Shown: piece by piece, positions 38,414-47,158 of the stretch
How the letters are laid out: the number at the start of each line of letters is the position of its first letter
Position numbering within the stretch: the first letter of the stretch is position 1
Source of the DNA: Rubripirellula sp.
GTDB lineage: Bacteria; Planctomycetota; Planctomycetia; Pirellulales; Pirellulaceae
Direction: 5' to 3'
NCBI GenBank assembly: GCA_965216875.1
Contig: OZ244207.1
Location: 5,888,001-5,952,000 of the forward strand
Length of the DNA: 64,000 nucleotides
Position numbers and translations under genes: made by a program
The notes under the pieces: model-generated
Databases searched by the model: none
What the model was told of the DNA's origin: nothing
What the model saw: the letters and a program-made list of their open reading frames with translations, nothing else

Positions 38414-41400
38414 ATGTCTAACAGTTGGATCCGTCGAGTTCTTGGTCGCCAGGCAAAAATCAATCGCAATCGTACGTTTCGTAGGCGCGTCAGTCGGCGT
38501 TTGCTGCTTCAGGGTCTGGAGACTCGGCAGCTGTTGGCCGGGGACACGATCTTAGCTCCGGAGGTAGCCGCGGTGACTTCGGAGATCTCGAGTGCACCGA
38601 CGGATCCGAGCCCCGAGCAAATTAAGAACCATGCTGCGACGAGCCAATCGCATCACCAGGCAGCTCACCCCGCTGCAATGGATTTGATCTCTTTGGACCT
38701 GGCAACGCACACGGTTGTTGGTTCCGGAAACTGGTCAGACCCGTCGGTCTGGGAGAACGGGACGCTGCCAGTCGAGGGCGCCCGCATCATCATTCCGCAA
38801 GGGATGACGTTAACGGTCGATTCGGTGATTCTGACGGAATTCAAGACAATCGGGATTCACGGGGCATTGCGGTTCGCCACTGACGTGAATACCGAACTGC
38901 GCGTCGATACGATCGTCAGTGCCCCACACGGTCGTTTCGAAATGGGAACGGTCGCCGACCCGGTTGCTCAAGACGTGACTGCGAAGGTTGTCTTTGCCGA
39001 TGACGGGGCAATCGACACCACTTGGGATCCGCAGCAGCTGAGTCGTGGCGCGGTACTTCAGGGGCCGACTGAGATTCACGGTGCCGAGACGACGCATCGT
39101 GTCACGCTCGACAGTTTCCCCTCGGCTGGTGCCACGTCCATTCAGCTCAGCAGTGTTCCGGTGAACTGGAGCGCGGGTGACGAGATCGTGATCACGGGAA
39201 CTCAGGGTTCGACCAGCGATGAAGTCCGCACAATTCAGTCGATCAACGGAACATCGGTTGCCTTTGGTGATCCGCTGGAGCTGGATCATGTTCCCCCCAA
39301 CTCGGATCTGAATGTTTATGTTGCGAATAAGACCCGCAACGTGCGGTTCTCATCCGAGAATCCCGAAGTGGCTCGGCGCGGTCACATCATGATCATCCAT
39401 ACCTTGGATGCGGACATTCACAACACAGAATTCAACGATTTGGGGCGCACGGACAAGAATCGCGAGCTGGATGATCTGATCTTTGAATTCCCCGATGCCG
39501 TCGGCAACTTTACCAGCGCCCCAACCGTCTACACGGTGACCAGTGGTGAACGAACGAATGTCCGTGGTCGCTACGCAGTCCACTTCCACCGTGGCGGAGT
39601 GGATCCGGGCAGCGCGCCAGCCACAATCGCCGGCAGCGTTGTTGACGGCAGCCCCGGATGGGGATTCGTCAATCATTCGGCCAACGTCAATATGATCAAC
39701 AACGTCGCTTACGGCGTTCAGGGCGCATCCTTTTACACCGAAGTCGGCGATGAGATTGGATCGATGGAGGGCAATATCGCCATCCGCACCGTTAGCCCCA
39801 CGTTCAGGCTCGGCGACGAAGGTGCAATCGATCCTGATCTTCGGCTCGATCGAATGGACTTTGGAGTCGATGGCGATGGCTACTGGCTGTCCGGTCACAT
39901 GGTCAGCGTGCGAGACAATGTATCGGCCGGTGCTTCTGGACATGGCATCATCATCTGGAGCGACGGTGTGATTGAGCCGGATCTTGCTCGAGGCCGATCC
40001 AGCGTGCTCGTCTCCAACGTGGAGAACGGACACCTGATCACAGGCCGTGAGACGATTCCGACCTGGTGGGCCCCGTTGGCAGAGATCAGTAATAACGAGT
40101 CGTATGGTGCGACCATCGGATTCCGATCGCGTTACGTCCACTCGCAAGGATACCTTGGTGAGATCGGCAGCGATTTCCACACCCCGCCAGACCAGGCCTA
40201 CATCGACACGCTCAACCCGACCATCGACGGCTTGACCGTTTGGGGTTCGCGAGACGGCGTTCTGATGAACTACAACGAGCGCATGTCAATCAAAAACGCG
40301 AGGCTCATCGGCGTCGCAGATCCGTACGTTCAGAACGCCGGTACGGCAGATACGGGCGTTGGCATTGATATGTACAACGAAGTCACCCGCGGCCCAGGCG
40401 TGATCGAGAATGTTTCAATCGAAGGCTTCAATATGGGGCTGTTAGCCCCGCGTCAAGACGATTGGCGATTGACCAACGTCCAGCTAAGCAACACGACGGA
40501 CATGTTGATCACCGAGATGATCGAAGGTCCACGAACGCTGGAGATGACTGACGTCACGTTCGGCTCGCTCGATGGCACCGCCGTGGCAGGTCAGGCGGCC
40601 AATCGCCAGAACATTGTGATGCGCGCCAACTTCGACGCGAATCCCTTTCAACCGTTCAACTTCCTAATGTCAGATCGCGTCACTTTGAATGGGCAACAAC
40701 TCTACTTCAATGAGCAGGCCGCTGACTTCGCGCCCACGGCTGGCGAAATTGCGGAGTCTCCCGGGCAAGTCCCACCCAGCATGATCCGTCTGACGAACCA
40801 GCAGTTGGTCGATCGCTTCGGCACGTCATTCGGTGGCGCGATCATTCCGGACGACGCAACAACCGCTGAATATCTAACCGGCGGTGTTGTGGGCAGTCTG
40901 GCCGCCCCAGCGGCGACCTCGCCGCCGCTTTATCATCCAGCTGGCGAAAGTGCGGGTCCCAACGGACTGATCATCGATCCAGGCACACTCACGAACTTCG
41001 ATGGGCCAGTCACCAATCCCGAAGATGATGACGAGGAACTGGATGACGATACCGGTGACGAAGATGAAACCGACGACGAGGAAGGTGGCGAAGGAGACGG
41101 AGAAGCCGATGATCATGGCGGCGATGATGATCACGACGAACACTGTGTAGACCCCGATGAGGAGTCAGATGAATCGGAAACCGGTGAAGGTGGCCAGAAC
41201 GAAGGCGAAGACGAGGGAGACGGCGATGAATCTGATCAAGACGATGAGGAGTCAGATGCAACCGACGAAGAGGAATCGGAGACCGGCGAAGGTGACCAGG
41301 ACGAAGGCGAAGAGGACGACGACGTTCACTGTGTAGACCCCGATGAGGAGTCAGATGAATCGGAAACCGATGAAGGTGGCCAGGACGAAGGCGAAGACGA

Positions 41401-41992
41401 GGGAGACGGCGATGAATCTGATCAAGACGATGAGGAGTCAGATGCAACCGACGAAGAGGAATCGGAGACCGACGAAGGTGACCAGGACGAAGGCGAAGAG
41501 GACGACGACGTTCACTGCACCGAAAACGATGAGGAGTCGGACGAGGTTGACGATGAAGAATCAGACGCCGAAACCGGTGACTCACGCGATGATGAAGACG
41601 AGAGCGATCCAGAGAACGGCGACGCCGAGGAGTCAGACGAAGCGGATGACGATGAGATCGACCTTCACAACGACCTTGCACCCACCGACGTCAACAATGA
41701 TGGTCAAACGACCGCGCTCGATGCCCTGCTGGTTATCAACTTCTTAAGTAGCCAGGGGTCTGATTTCCTACAAACGCTTACGACGGCGCTGCAGCACTAT
41801 GTGGATGTGAATGGCGATCGAACAGCCACGGCCCTCGATGCACTACAGATCATCAACGCCCTCAGCAGCGGCGCTGTAGGCAATGTCCCGATTCAAGCGA
41901 TTGATACTGCCTTTGGTCTTGACGAACTTGGCGACGATGAAGACGACGACGTTTTGGACCTTCTTTCGGAGTCTCAGGCGACCATCGGCTAA
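38414..41992 (+). CDS. Large extracellular protein: planctomycete extracellular motif, G8 domain, beta-helix region, acidic repeats, dockerin-type C-terminus
   Basis: RRLLLQGLETRQLLAGD; SGNWSDPSVW...LPVEGARIII (G8-like); GRYAVHFH; DVNNDGQTTALDALLVIN and DVNGDRTATALDALQIIN. Confidence 0.88.
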   Translation: MSNSWIRRVLGRQAKINRNRTFRRRVSRRLLLQGLETRQLLAGDTILAPEVAAVTSEISSAPTDPSPEQIKNHAATSQSHHQAAHPAAMDLISLDLATHTVVGSGNWSDPSVWENGTLPVEGARIIIPQGMTLTVDSVILTEFKTIGIHGALRFATDVNTELRVDTIVSAPHGRFEMGTVADPVAQDVTAKVVFADDGAIDTTWDPQQLSRGAVLQGPTEIHGAETTHRVTLDSFPSAGATSIQLSSVPVNWSAGDEIVITGTQGSTSDEVRTIQSINGTSVAFGDPLELDHVPPNSDLNVYVANKTRNVRFSSENPEVARRGHIMIIHTLDADIHNTEFNDLGRTDKNRELDDLIFEFPDAVGNFTSAPTVYTVTSGERTNVRGRYAVHFHRGGVDPGSAPATIAGSVVDGSPGWGFVNHSANVNMINNVAYGVQGASFYTEVGDEIGSMEGNIAIRTVSPTFRLGDEGAIDPDLRLDRMDFGVDGDGYWLSGHMVSVRDNVSAGASGHGIIIWSDGVIEPDLARGRSSVLVSNVENGHLITGRETIPTWWAPLAEISNNESYGATIGFRSRYVHSQGYLGEIGSDFHTPPDQAYIDTLNPTIDGLTVWGSRDGVLMNYNERMSIKNARLIGVADPYVQNAGTADTGVGIDMYNEVTRGPGVIENVSIEGFNMGLLAPRQDDWRLTNVQLSNTTDMLITEMIEGPRTLEMTDVTFGSLDGTAVAGQAANRQNIVMRANFDANPFQPFNFLMSDRVTLNGQQLYFNEQAADFAPTAGEIAESPGQVPPSMIRLTNQQLVDRFGTSFGGAIIPDDATTAEYLTGGVVGSLAAPAATSPPLYHPAGESAGPNGLIIDPGTLTNFDGPVTNPEDDDEELDDDTGDEDETDDEEGGEGDGEADDHGGDDDHDEHCVDPDEESDESETGEGGQNEGEDEGDGDESDQDDEESDATDEEESETGEGDQDEGEEDDDVHCVDPDEESDESETDEGGQDEGEDEGDGDESDQDDEESDATDEEESETDEGDQDEGEEDDDVHCTENDEESDEVDDEESDAETGDSRDDEDESDPENGDAEESDEADDDEIDLHNDLAPTDVNNDGQTTALDALLVINFLSSQGSDFLQTLTTALQHYVDVNGDRTATALDALQIINALSSGAVGNVPIQAIDTAFGLDELGDDEDDDVLDLLSESQATIG
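41141..41520 (+). repeat. In-frame 186-bp (62-aa) tandem repeat, two near-identical copies plus the start of a third
   Basis: CACTGTGTAGACCCCGATGAGGAGTCAG at 41141 and 41327; CACTGC at 41513. Confidence 0.92.
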
Positions 41993-42257
41993 AGAAGCTG
42001 GCCCGTTGAACCACCACGCAGGCGTCAACGCGCCAGCGAATTGGTAGACCAACATTTCGGCAAAATTGACGACAATCAACCATCCGTTTGCGAGACCGAA
42101 ACCCGGGTAACCAAACGGATGCAAAAACGCAGCCTTTATGTGCCAAGATTTGAGATCAAAGAGAAGATTCTGTACCCGGTACAGAATTCTTGGCTGTAAA
42201 ACGTCGACGCAAATCAAACGGTTGACGCAACTCGTTGTCTAGCAAGAACTTCAGAAG

Positions 42258-42331
42258 CACACCCGGCAGGATTCGAACCTGCAACCCTCGGTTCCGAAGA
42301 CCGATGCGCTATCCAATTGTGCCACGGGTGC
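42258..42331 (-). tRNA. tRNA-Arg (anticodon TCG)
   Basis: GCACCCG/CGGGTGT acceptor stem; D-loop TTGGATAG; anticodon arm TCGGT-CTTCGGA-ACCGA; T-arm GCAGGTTCGAATCCTGC. CCA not encoded. Confidence 0.95.
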
Positions 42332-42506
42332 GTTCGTGGAAAGTGACACCGTCACTTTCCACGGGTTCAGTATTTTAACGCTTCTGCGCCGTTCTTCCAG
42401 GGCTCGTTTCCCTCGGTTTTTGCCGCTTCGCTTCGTTTTCGCCGCTGCGTCCCCGTTTTGTCGGGGCTCGCGAGCTCAAACGCCCGGAGAGGTTTGTATA
42501 CATCGT

Positions 42507-42737
42507 TCCCTCCCCGGACTTTGCGTCCGACCCTCCCGCAAGCGGAAGGGTGATTGCTGCTTGGGCAAGCACTTCGGCCTATGGCACCGCGCGGCGCGTT
42601 CAAGCACGAGTCTTTGGGGTCTCTTACTCGGTGGTCTCCGTGCCCTCTGTGGCTCATCCGGTTTATCTGCCAAAGTCCAGCCATGCCCTCCCCGGACTTT
42701 GCGTCCGACCCTCCCGCAAGCGGGAGGGTGATTGCTC
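42507..42737. repeat. Two direct copies of a ~50-bp element
   Basis: CCCTCCCCGGACTTTGCGTCCGACCCTCCCGCAAGCGG(A/G)AGGGTGATTGCT at ~42508 and ~42686. Confidence 0.85.
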
Positions 42738-42752
42738 ATGGCGGCGCGTTTC

Positions 42753-44225
42753 CTACAGGTCCTTTTCGGTCGGCGGAAAACGTTTTCGTGAATCGCTGTC
42801 GATCGGCTTGCCGGTTCGCATACTCCACCACTCCCCTTCCCTCTCGGGATCATGGTTCGGGTTCGGAATGGGCATCCGGGCGAGCGTCTCGGTGCGGAAG
42901 GCGGCGAGCTTTCGCTTCAAGTCGGCGACACGTCCTTTCTTCTCATCGGCAAGGTTCTTGGTTTCGCCAATGTCACCGGCAAGATGGTACAGCTCGATGT
43001 CGCCCGATCCGTCGAGGTATTCAATCAGCTTCCAGTCGCGCTCGCGAATACTGCTTGCTGGTCGATCGTGGTGGTAGTGTGGGTAGTGCCAATGCAATGC
43101 CTCGCGATCAAGCTTGGCCGATGGTTTGGTGAAAAGTGGCCGCAAACTCTCGCCGTCGATCGTTTGGTTTCGTGGCAACGCTCCACCCGCGAGCTCGGTG
43201 AACGTCGGGTAAAAGTCATAACTGATCGCCGGTTCCGAGCTGACGCTGCCCGCCGCAATTTCGCTCGGGTACTTGATGATCAGCGGCACGCGCACGCCGC
43301 CCTCATGAAGTGATCCCTTCTCACCCTTCAAAGGTGCCAAACTCGAAACGTTGTCGTCAGCATGCTCGCGGTAGTCGTAACGCCGATAGAGTCCACCATT
43401 GTCGGAGGTGAAGACAATCATCGTCTTCTCAGTCAGCCCCGCATCATCAACGGCGTCCACGATACGACCGACCATGTCGTCGCAGTGCTCGATCATCGCG
43501 GCGTAAACCGGGTGCGGCAAGTCTCGTGATTGAGCTTTCGCCTTTTCGCGATACTTTTCAACCTTATCCGACATGGCACCGAGCGGAATGTGGACCGCGA
43601 AGGGCGACAGCATGAGGAAGAAGGGCTGGTCTTTGTTGCTGCGTATGAAGTCGATTGAAAGGTCGGCTTCGAAGTCGGTTCGGTATTGGCCTTGCTTCGG
43701 CTTCAAGTCATTGCGCTGCGCAACGCGATAACGACCAGGCAAGTGGGGCCCGCCAATCACGGCCGCAAACTCATAACCTTGCCGGTCCGGTTGGTGGATA
43801 CGATTGGTTCCCAAGTGCCACTTGCCGATGTAGCCGGTCGAGTATCCGGCGTCGCGCAACGATTCGGCGACCGTGACGGTATCAAGCGGGAGCGCCATCG
43901 TTGTCAGCGGCGTCGTCACGGGTGCAAAGGGACGCCAGTGACCAGGGATGTGGGCGGTGATCCCGATGCGAGCTTGGTTTTGGCCCGATTGGACCGCGCA
44001 ACGTGTCGGCGAACAAACTGCACCGGCGGCGTAAAAGTCGGTGAACTTCAACCCGTCTTTGGCAAGTTGGTTGATGTGCGGCGTTTCGACGAAATCGTTG
44101 CCGTAGCAACCCACGTCTTTCCAGCCGAGGTCATCGATGAAGATCAGAATGATGTTTGGCTTCTCTGCACTGGCGAGGGGCACCGACGCGAGAAGCGCGA
44201 ACAAGGCGATCAGTAGGCGGGGCAT
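42753..44225 (-). CDS. Sulfatase
   Basis: Signal peptide; PNIILIFIDDLGWKD; CSPTR; GKWHLG; TSDNGG; HEGGVRVP. Confidence 0.95.
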   Translation of the reverse strand: MPRLLIALFALLASVPLASAEKPNIILIFIDDLGWKDVGCYGNDFVETPHINQLAKDGLKFTDFYAAGAVCSPTRCAVQSGQNQARIGITAHIPGHWRPFAPVTTPLTTMALPLDTVTVAESLRDAGYSTGYIGKWHLGTNRIHQPDRQGYEFAAVIGGPHLPGRYRVAQRNDLKPKQGQYRTDFEADLSIDFIRSNKDQPFFLMLSPFAVHIPLGAMSDKVEKYREKAKAQSRDLPHPVYAAMIEHCDDMVGRIVDAVDDAGLTEKTMIVFTSDNGGLYRRYDYREHADDNVSSLAPLKGEKGSLHEGGVRVPLIIKYPSEIAAGSVSSEPAISYDFYPTFTELAGGALPRNQTIDGESLRPLFTKPSAKLDREALHWHYPHYHHDRPASSIRERDWKLIEYLDGSGDIELYHLAGDIGETKNLADEKKGRVADLKRKLAAFRTETLARMPIPNPNHDPEREGEWWSMRTGKPIDSDSRKRFPPTEKDL

Positions 44226-44421
44226 GTGTGGTGGGCTCCGTGGTGGGTGGGGTCGGTATTGTAGTTCAGAGCGCGTTGAAATGGTGGTTGGGAAAGATGG
44301 AACCACGGATTGCTTGAATCACACGAATAGGGGCCGCGTTGGAATGGGATGAGATGGAATGGCTCGAGGAGTGAATATGAGGAGGAGAACCACGAATTAG
44401 TCGAATTGCACGAATGGGGTG

Positions 44422-45588
44422 CTACCAGTTTTGCCACGATGAGTCGTTGTCGTTGCTAGCCAAGCAGCGAGTCATGAAACGGACTCCGTCGTGACCATCT
44501 TGGACCTTGGGGTAGAGTGAAGTTGGTTCTTGCGTTTGGCCTGCGTTGACTCGGCGCATGTCGGCAAATGCATCGCGGTAAACGTTGGCAAACGCTTCAA
44601 AGAAAGCTTCAGGATGCCCACCGGGCAATCGACAGGCTGCGACAGCGTCGGCCGACGAATAGGGTGCGTTGGGGTTTCGCTCGTAGATCTTTGTTGGTTC
44701 GCCCAGCGACCGTACAAACAATTGATTGGGTTCCTCTTGTCGCCAAGTCAGCGCTGCTTTTGTGCCATCGATTTCAATTGACAGGTCGTTCAAACGACCG
44801 TGCGTCACTTGGCTCCAAGTCACCATTCCGGTCGTGCCACTTTGGTACTTCAGCATCGCGTGCCCGTAGTCATCCAACTCGTGATGCGGCGAGTAGGACT
44901 TCATGCGACAGAGTAACGAATCAGGCGTTTGACCTGAGACAAAACTTGCGAGGTGAAACGCGTGCGTGCCGACATCGCCCAGTGAACCGGCGCGACCGTT
45001 CATGTTCGGGTCTGACTTCCACGCACCGCGCGCTGGAGTAGCGGCTGGGTCCATTCCGTGCATCCAGCCTTGAACGTAGGTCGTGCGGACCGCGATCAAG
45101 TCGCCAAGCTCACCGGCCGCGATCATCTCGCGTGCTTGTCGCATCATCGGATAGCCGCTGTAGTTGTGCGTGAGCGCGAAGACGCGTCCTGTCTGGGCTG
45201 CGGCGTCGACCATTCGGTCGGCGTCTTCCAGATTCGTTGTCATTGGTTTGTCACAGACAACGTGAAAACCAGCCTTCATTGCCGCGACCGCGATTTCGCA
45301 GTGAGTGTGGTTGGGCGTCGCTACCGACACAAAATCGACGCGTTGGTCCGCAGGCAACGACGACTCTTTTTCGAACAATTCTTGGTACGAGGTGTAGGCA
45401 CGGTTTGCAGCAATCCCAAACTCCGTCGCGGATGACTTGGCGCGATCGGGATTCGACGAGAGTGCACCGGCGACCAAGTCAGCTTGACGATCAAGTGTTG
45501 CCGCGGTCGCATGCACTTTCCCGATGAATCCGGCGCCGCCGCCACCGACAAGTGCCATGCGAAGTGGTCGTTGGGATTGGTCCGTCAT
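44422..45588 (-). CDS. Gfo/Idh/MocA family oxidoreductase
   Basis: VGGGGAGFIG; ATPNHTH; VCDKPM; GDVGTH; GGHPEAF. Confidence 0.92.
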   Translation of the reverse strand: MTDQSQRPLRMALVGGGGAGFIGKVHATAATLDRQADLVAGALSSNPDRAKSSATEFGIAANRAYTSYQELFEKESSLPADQRVDFVSVATPNHTHCEIAVAAMKAGFHVVCDKPMTTNLEDADRMVDAAAQTGRVFALTHNYSGYPMMRQAREMIAAGELGDLIAVRTTYVQGWMHGMDPAATPARGAWKSDPNMNGRAGSLGDVGTHAFHLASFVSGQTPDSLLCRMKSYSPHHELDDYGHAMLKYQSGTTGMVTWSQVTHGRLNDLSIEIDGTKAALTWRQEEPNQLFVRSLGEPTKIYERNPNAPYSSADAVAACRLPGGHPEAFFEAFANVYRDAFADMRRVNAGQTQEPTSLYPKVQDGHDGVRFMTRCLASNDNDSSWQNW

Positions 45589-45642
45589 GATGCAGAGATT
45601 CCTAATTCTTTGCGGGTGGCAGCCGTCGGAAGCTACGCTCGG

Positions 45643-47139
45643 TCAAGCGATGATGTCGTCGATGACGTGTCCGTGCACATCAGTCAAACGGCGATCGATA
45701 CCGTTGTGACGCACGGTCAGACGCTTGTGATCGATCCCGAGCAGATGCAGGATCGTCGCATGGATGTCATACACCTGGGTTGGATGATCCCGATCGAGCG
45801 GCTTATAGCCCCACTCGTCCGACTCGCCAAACGTGACACCAGGCTTGATTCCACCACCGGAAAGCCAGTTCGTAAAGACGTAGGGATTGTGATCGCGGCC
45901 CTTACTTCCCTGAGTACTCGGCATGCGACCAAACTCGGTGGTCCAAAGCACGATCGTGTCTTTGAGCAATCCGCGTTGTTTGAGATCTTTCAACAGCGCC
46001 GCGGTGCCGACGGCCATCCCGCGCGCAAGCGGTCCATGATCGCGTTCGATATTCTCGTGGCTGTCCCAATTGCGACGTGGAAAGCTATTGTCGTTGCCCG
46101 ACCAAATCTGGACGAAGCGGACGCCCCGTTCGAGTAGGCGACGCGCGATCAAACACTTGCGTCCAAAGTACTCGGCTTCCTCGGCCGGGTTGATCGTCTC
46201 GGGATACTTGGCTCCCGCGCGATCGAGCCCGTACATTTTCATGATGTGTTGCGGTTCGTCCGAAAGATCAAGCGCCTCGGGCGCGCTCAGTTGCATCTTC
46301 GCGGCGAGTTCGTATGAGCGAATCCGTGCCTGCAAACGCGAGTCGCCGGGCCGTTCCCTTTCGTAACGCCGGTTGAGCCGATTGAGCAGCTCGATCCCGT
46401 CGCGATCTCCTGCCTTTGTCACATAGTCGGCATGCGGCAACAGATCTTCAATCGGATTGGCGCGTTGTGGAAAGATTGCCGTGCCTTGGGAACTTGCAGG
46501 CAAGAATGCAGAGCCCCAGTTCTTTGGCCCGTTGCTCGCAAACCCACGATGGTCCGGCAACACAACAAACGTCGGCAAGTTCTCGTTGATCGATCCGAGA
46601 CCATACGAAATCCACGACCCCATCCCGGGAAAACCTGGACGTTGAAAACCGGTCGCTTGCAAGTAGGTCGCCTGGGAATGCACGCCTGTTTTGCCGACCA
46701 AGTTATGGACAAACGCGATGTCATCCACGCACGCACCAAGCGGCTCGACCACTTCGCTGATCTGCTTGCCCGTTTCTCCATGCGGCGAAAACCTGAAAGG
46801 TGACTTCATCCATGGACCGAGACCGTTTTGAAATGCTTCGACGTGTTCGCCAAAATCAGACTTTTCGCCGTGATGTTTCTCGAGCATCGGCTTGTGATCC
46901 CACAAGTCGATATGGCTGGCCGCACCCGCCATGAAAAGCTGGATGACGCGGCGCGCCTTGGGAGGATGATGGAGCACTTGGACGGCGCCCCCACCAAGCG
47001 CAAGATCCGCTGAGTTTTGATTGCGGGGCAAACGCTCGTCGCCGACGGCTTCGTCGCGCAACATCATCGCGAGTGCCATCGCACCAAATCCGCCAGCAGC
47101 ATCCGCGAGGAGGTCACGACGATGAATGGTCTTGCTCAT
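45643..47139 (-). CDS. DUF1501 domain protein (Tat-like N-terminus)
   Basis: HRRDLL; KARRVIQLFMAGAASH; CLIARRLLERGVRFVQ; WDSH; EFGRMP; GRDH; RLTDVHG. Confidence 0.93.
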   Translation of the reverse strand: MSKTIHRRDLLADAAGGFGAMALAMMLRDEAVGDERLPRNQNSADLALGGGAVQVLHHPPKARRVIQLFMAGAASHIDLWDHKPMLEKHHGEKSDFGEHVEAFQNGLGPWMKSPFRFSPHGETGKQISEVVEPLGACVDDIAFVHNLVGKTGVHSQATYLQATGFQRPGFPGMGSWISYGLGSINENLPTFVVLPDHRGFASNGPKNWGSAFLPASSQGTAIFPQRANPIEDLLPHADYVTKAGDRDGIELLNRLNRRYERERPGDSRLQARIRSYELAAKMQLSAPEALDLSDEPQHIMKMYGLDRAGAKYPETINPAEEAEYFGRKCLIARRLLERGVRFVQIWSGNDNSFPRRNWDSHENIERDHGPLARGMAVGTAALLKDLKQRGLLKDTIVLWTTEFGRMPSTQGSKGRDHNPYVFTNWLSGGGIKPGVTFGESDEWGYKPLDRDHPTQVYDIHATILHLLGIDHKRLTVRHNGIDRRLTDVHGHVIDDIIA

Positions 47140-47158
47140 GAGTGGGCCCCGATCAACA

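Larger units (their letters stand above)
34071..42299. mobile_element. Genomic island at tRNA-Arg(TCG), no integrase gene
   Basis: Bounded by a 44-45 bp direct repeat of the tRNA 3' half that starts at the anticodon loop. ATTCTGTACC motifs lie inside both ends. Confidence 0.8.

Noticed and set aside
41010..41747. Arg/His-rich antisense ORF and alternative-frame ORF in the acidic repeat
   Set aside because: These are shadows of the low-complexity GAY/GAR codon tract.
41993..42255. Integrase remnant beside the tRNA (also checked 34116-34430)
   Set aside because: No recognisable tyrosine- or serine-recombinase motifs in the frames I could read.
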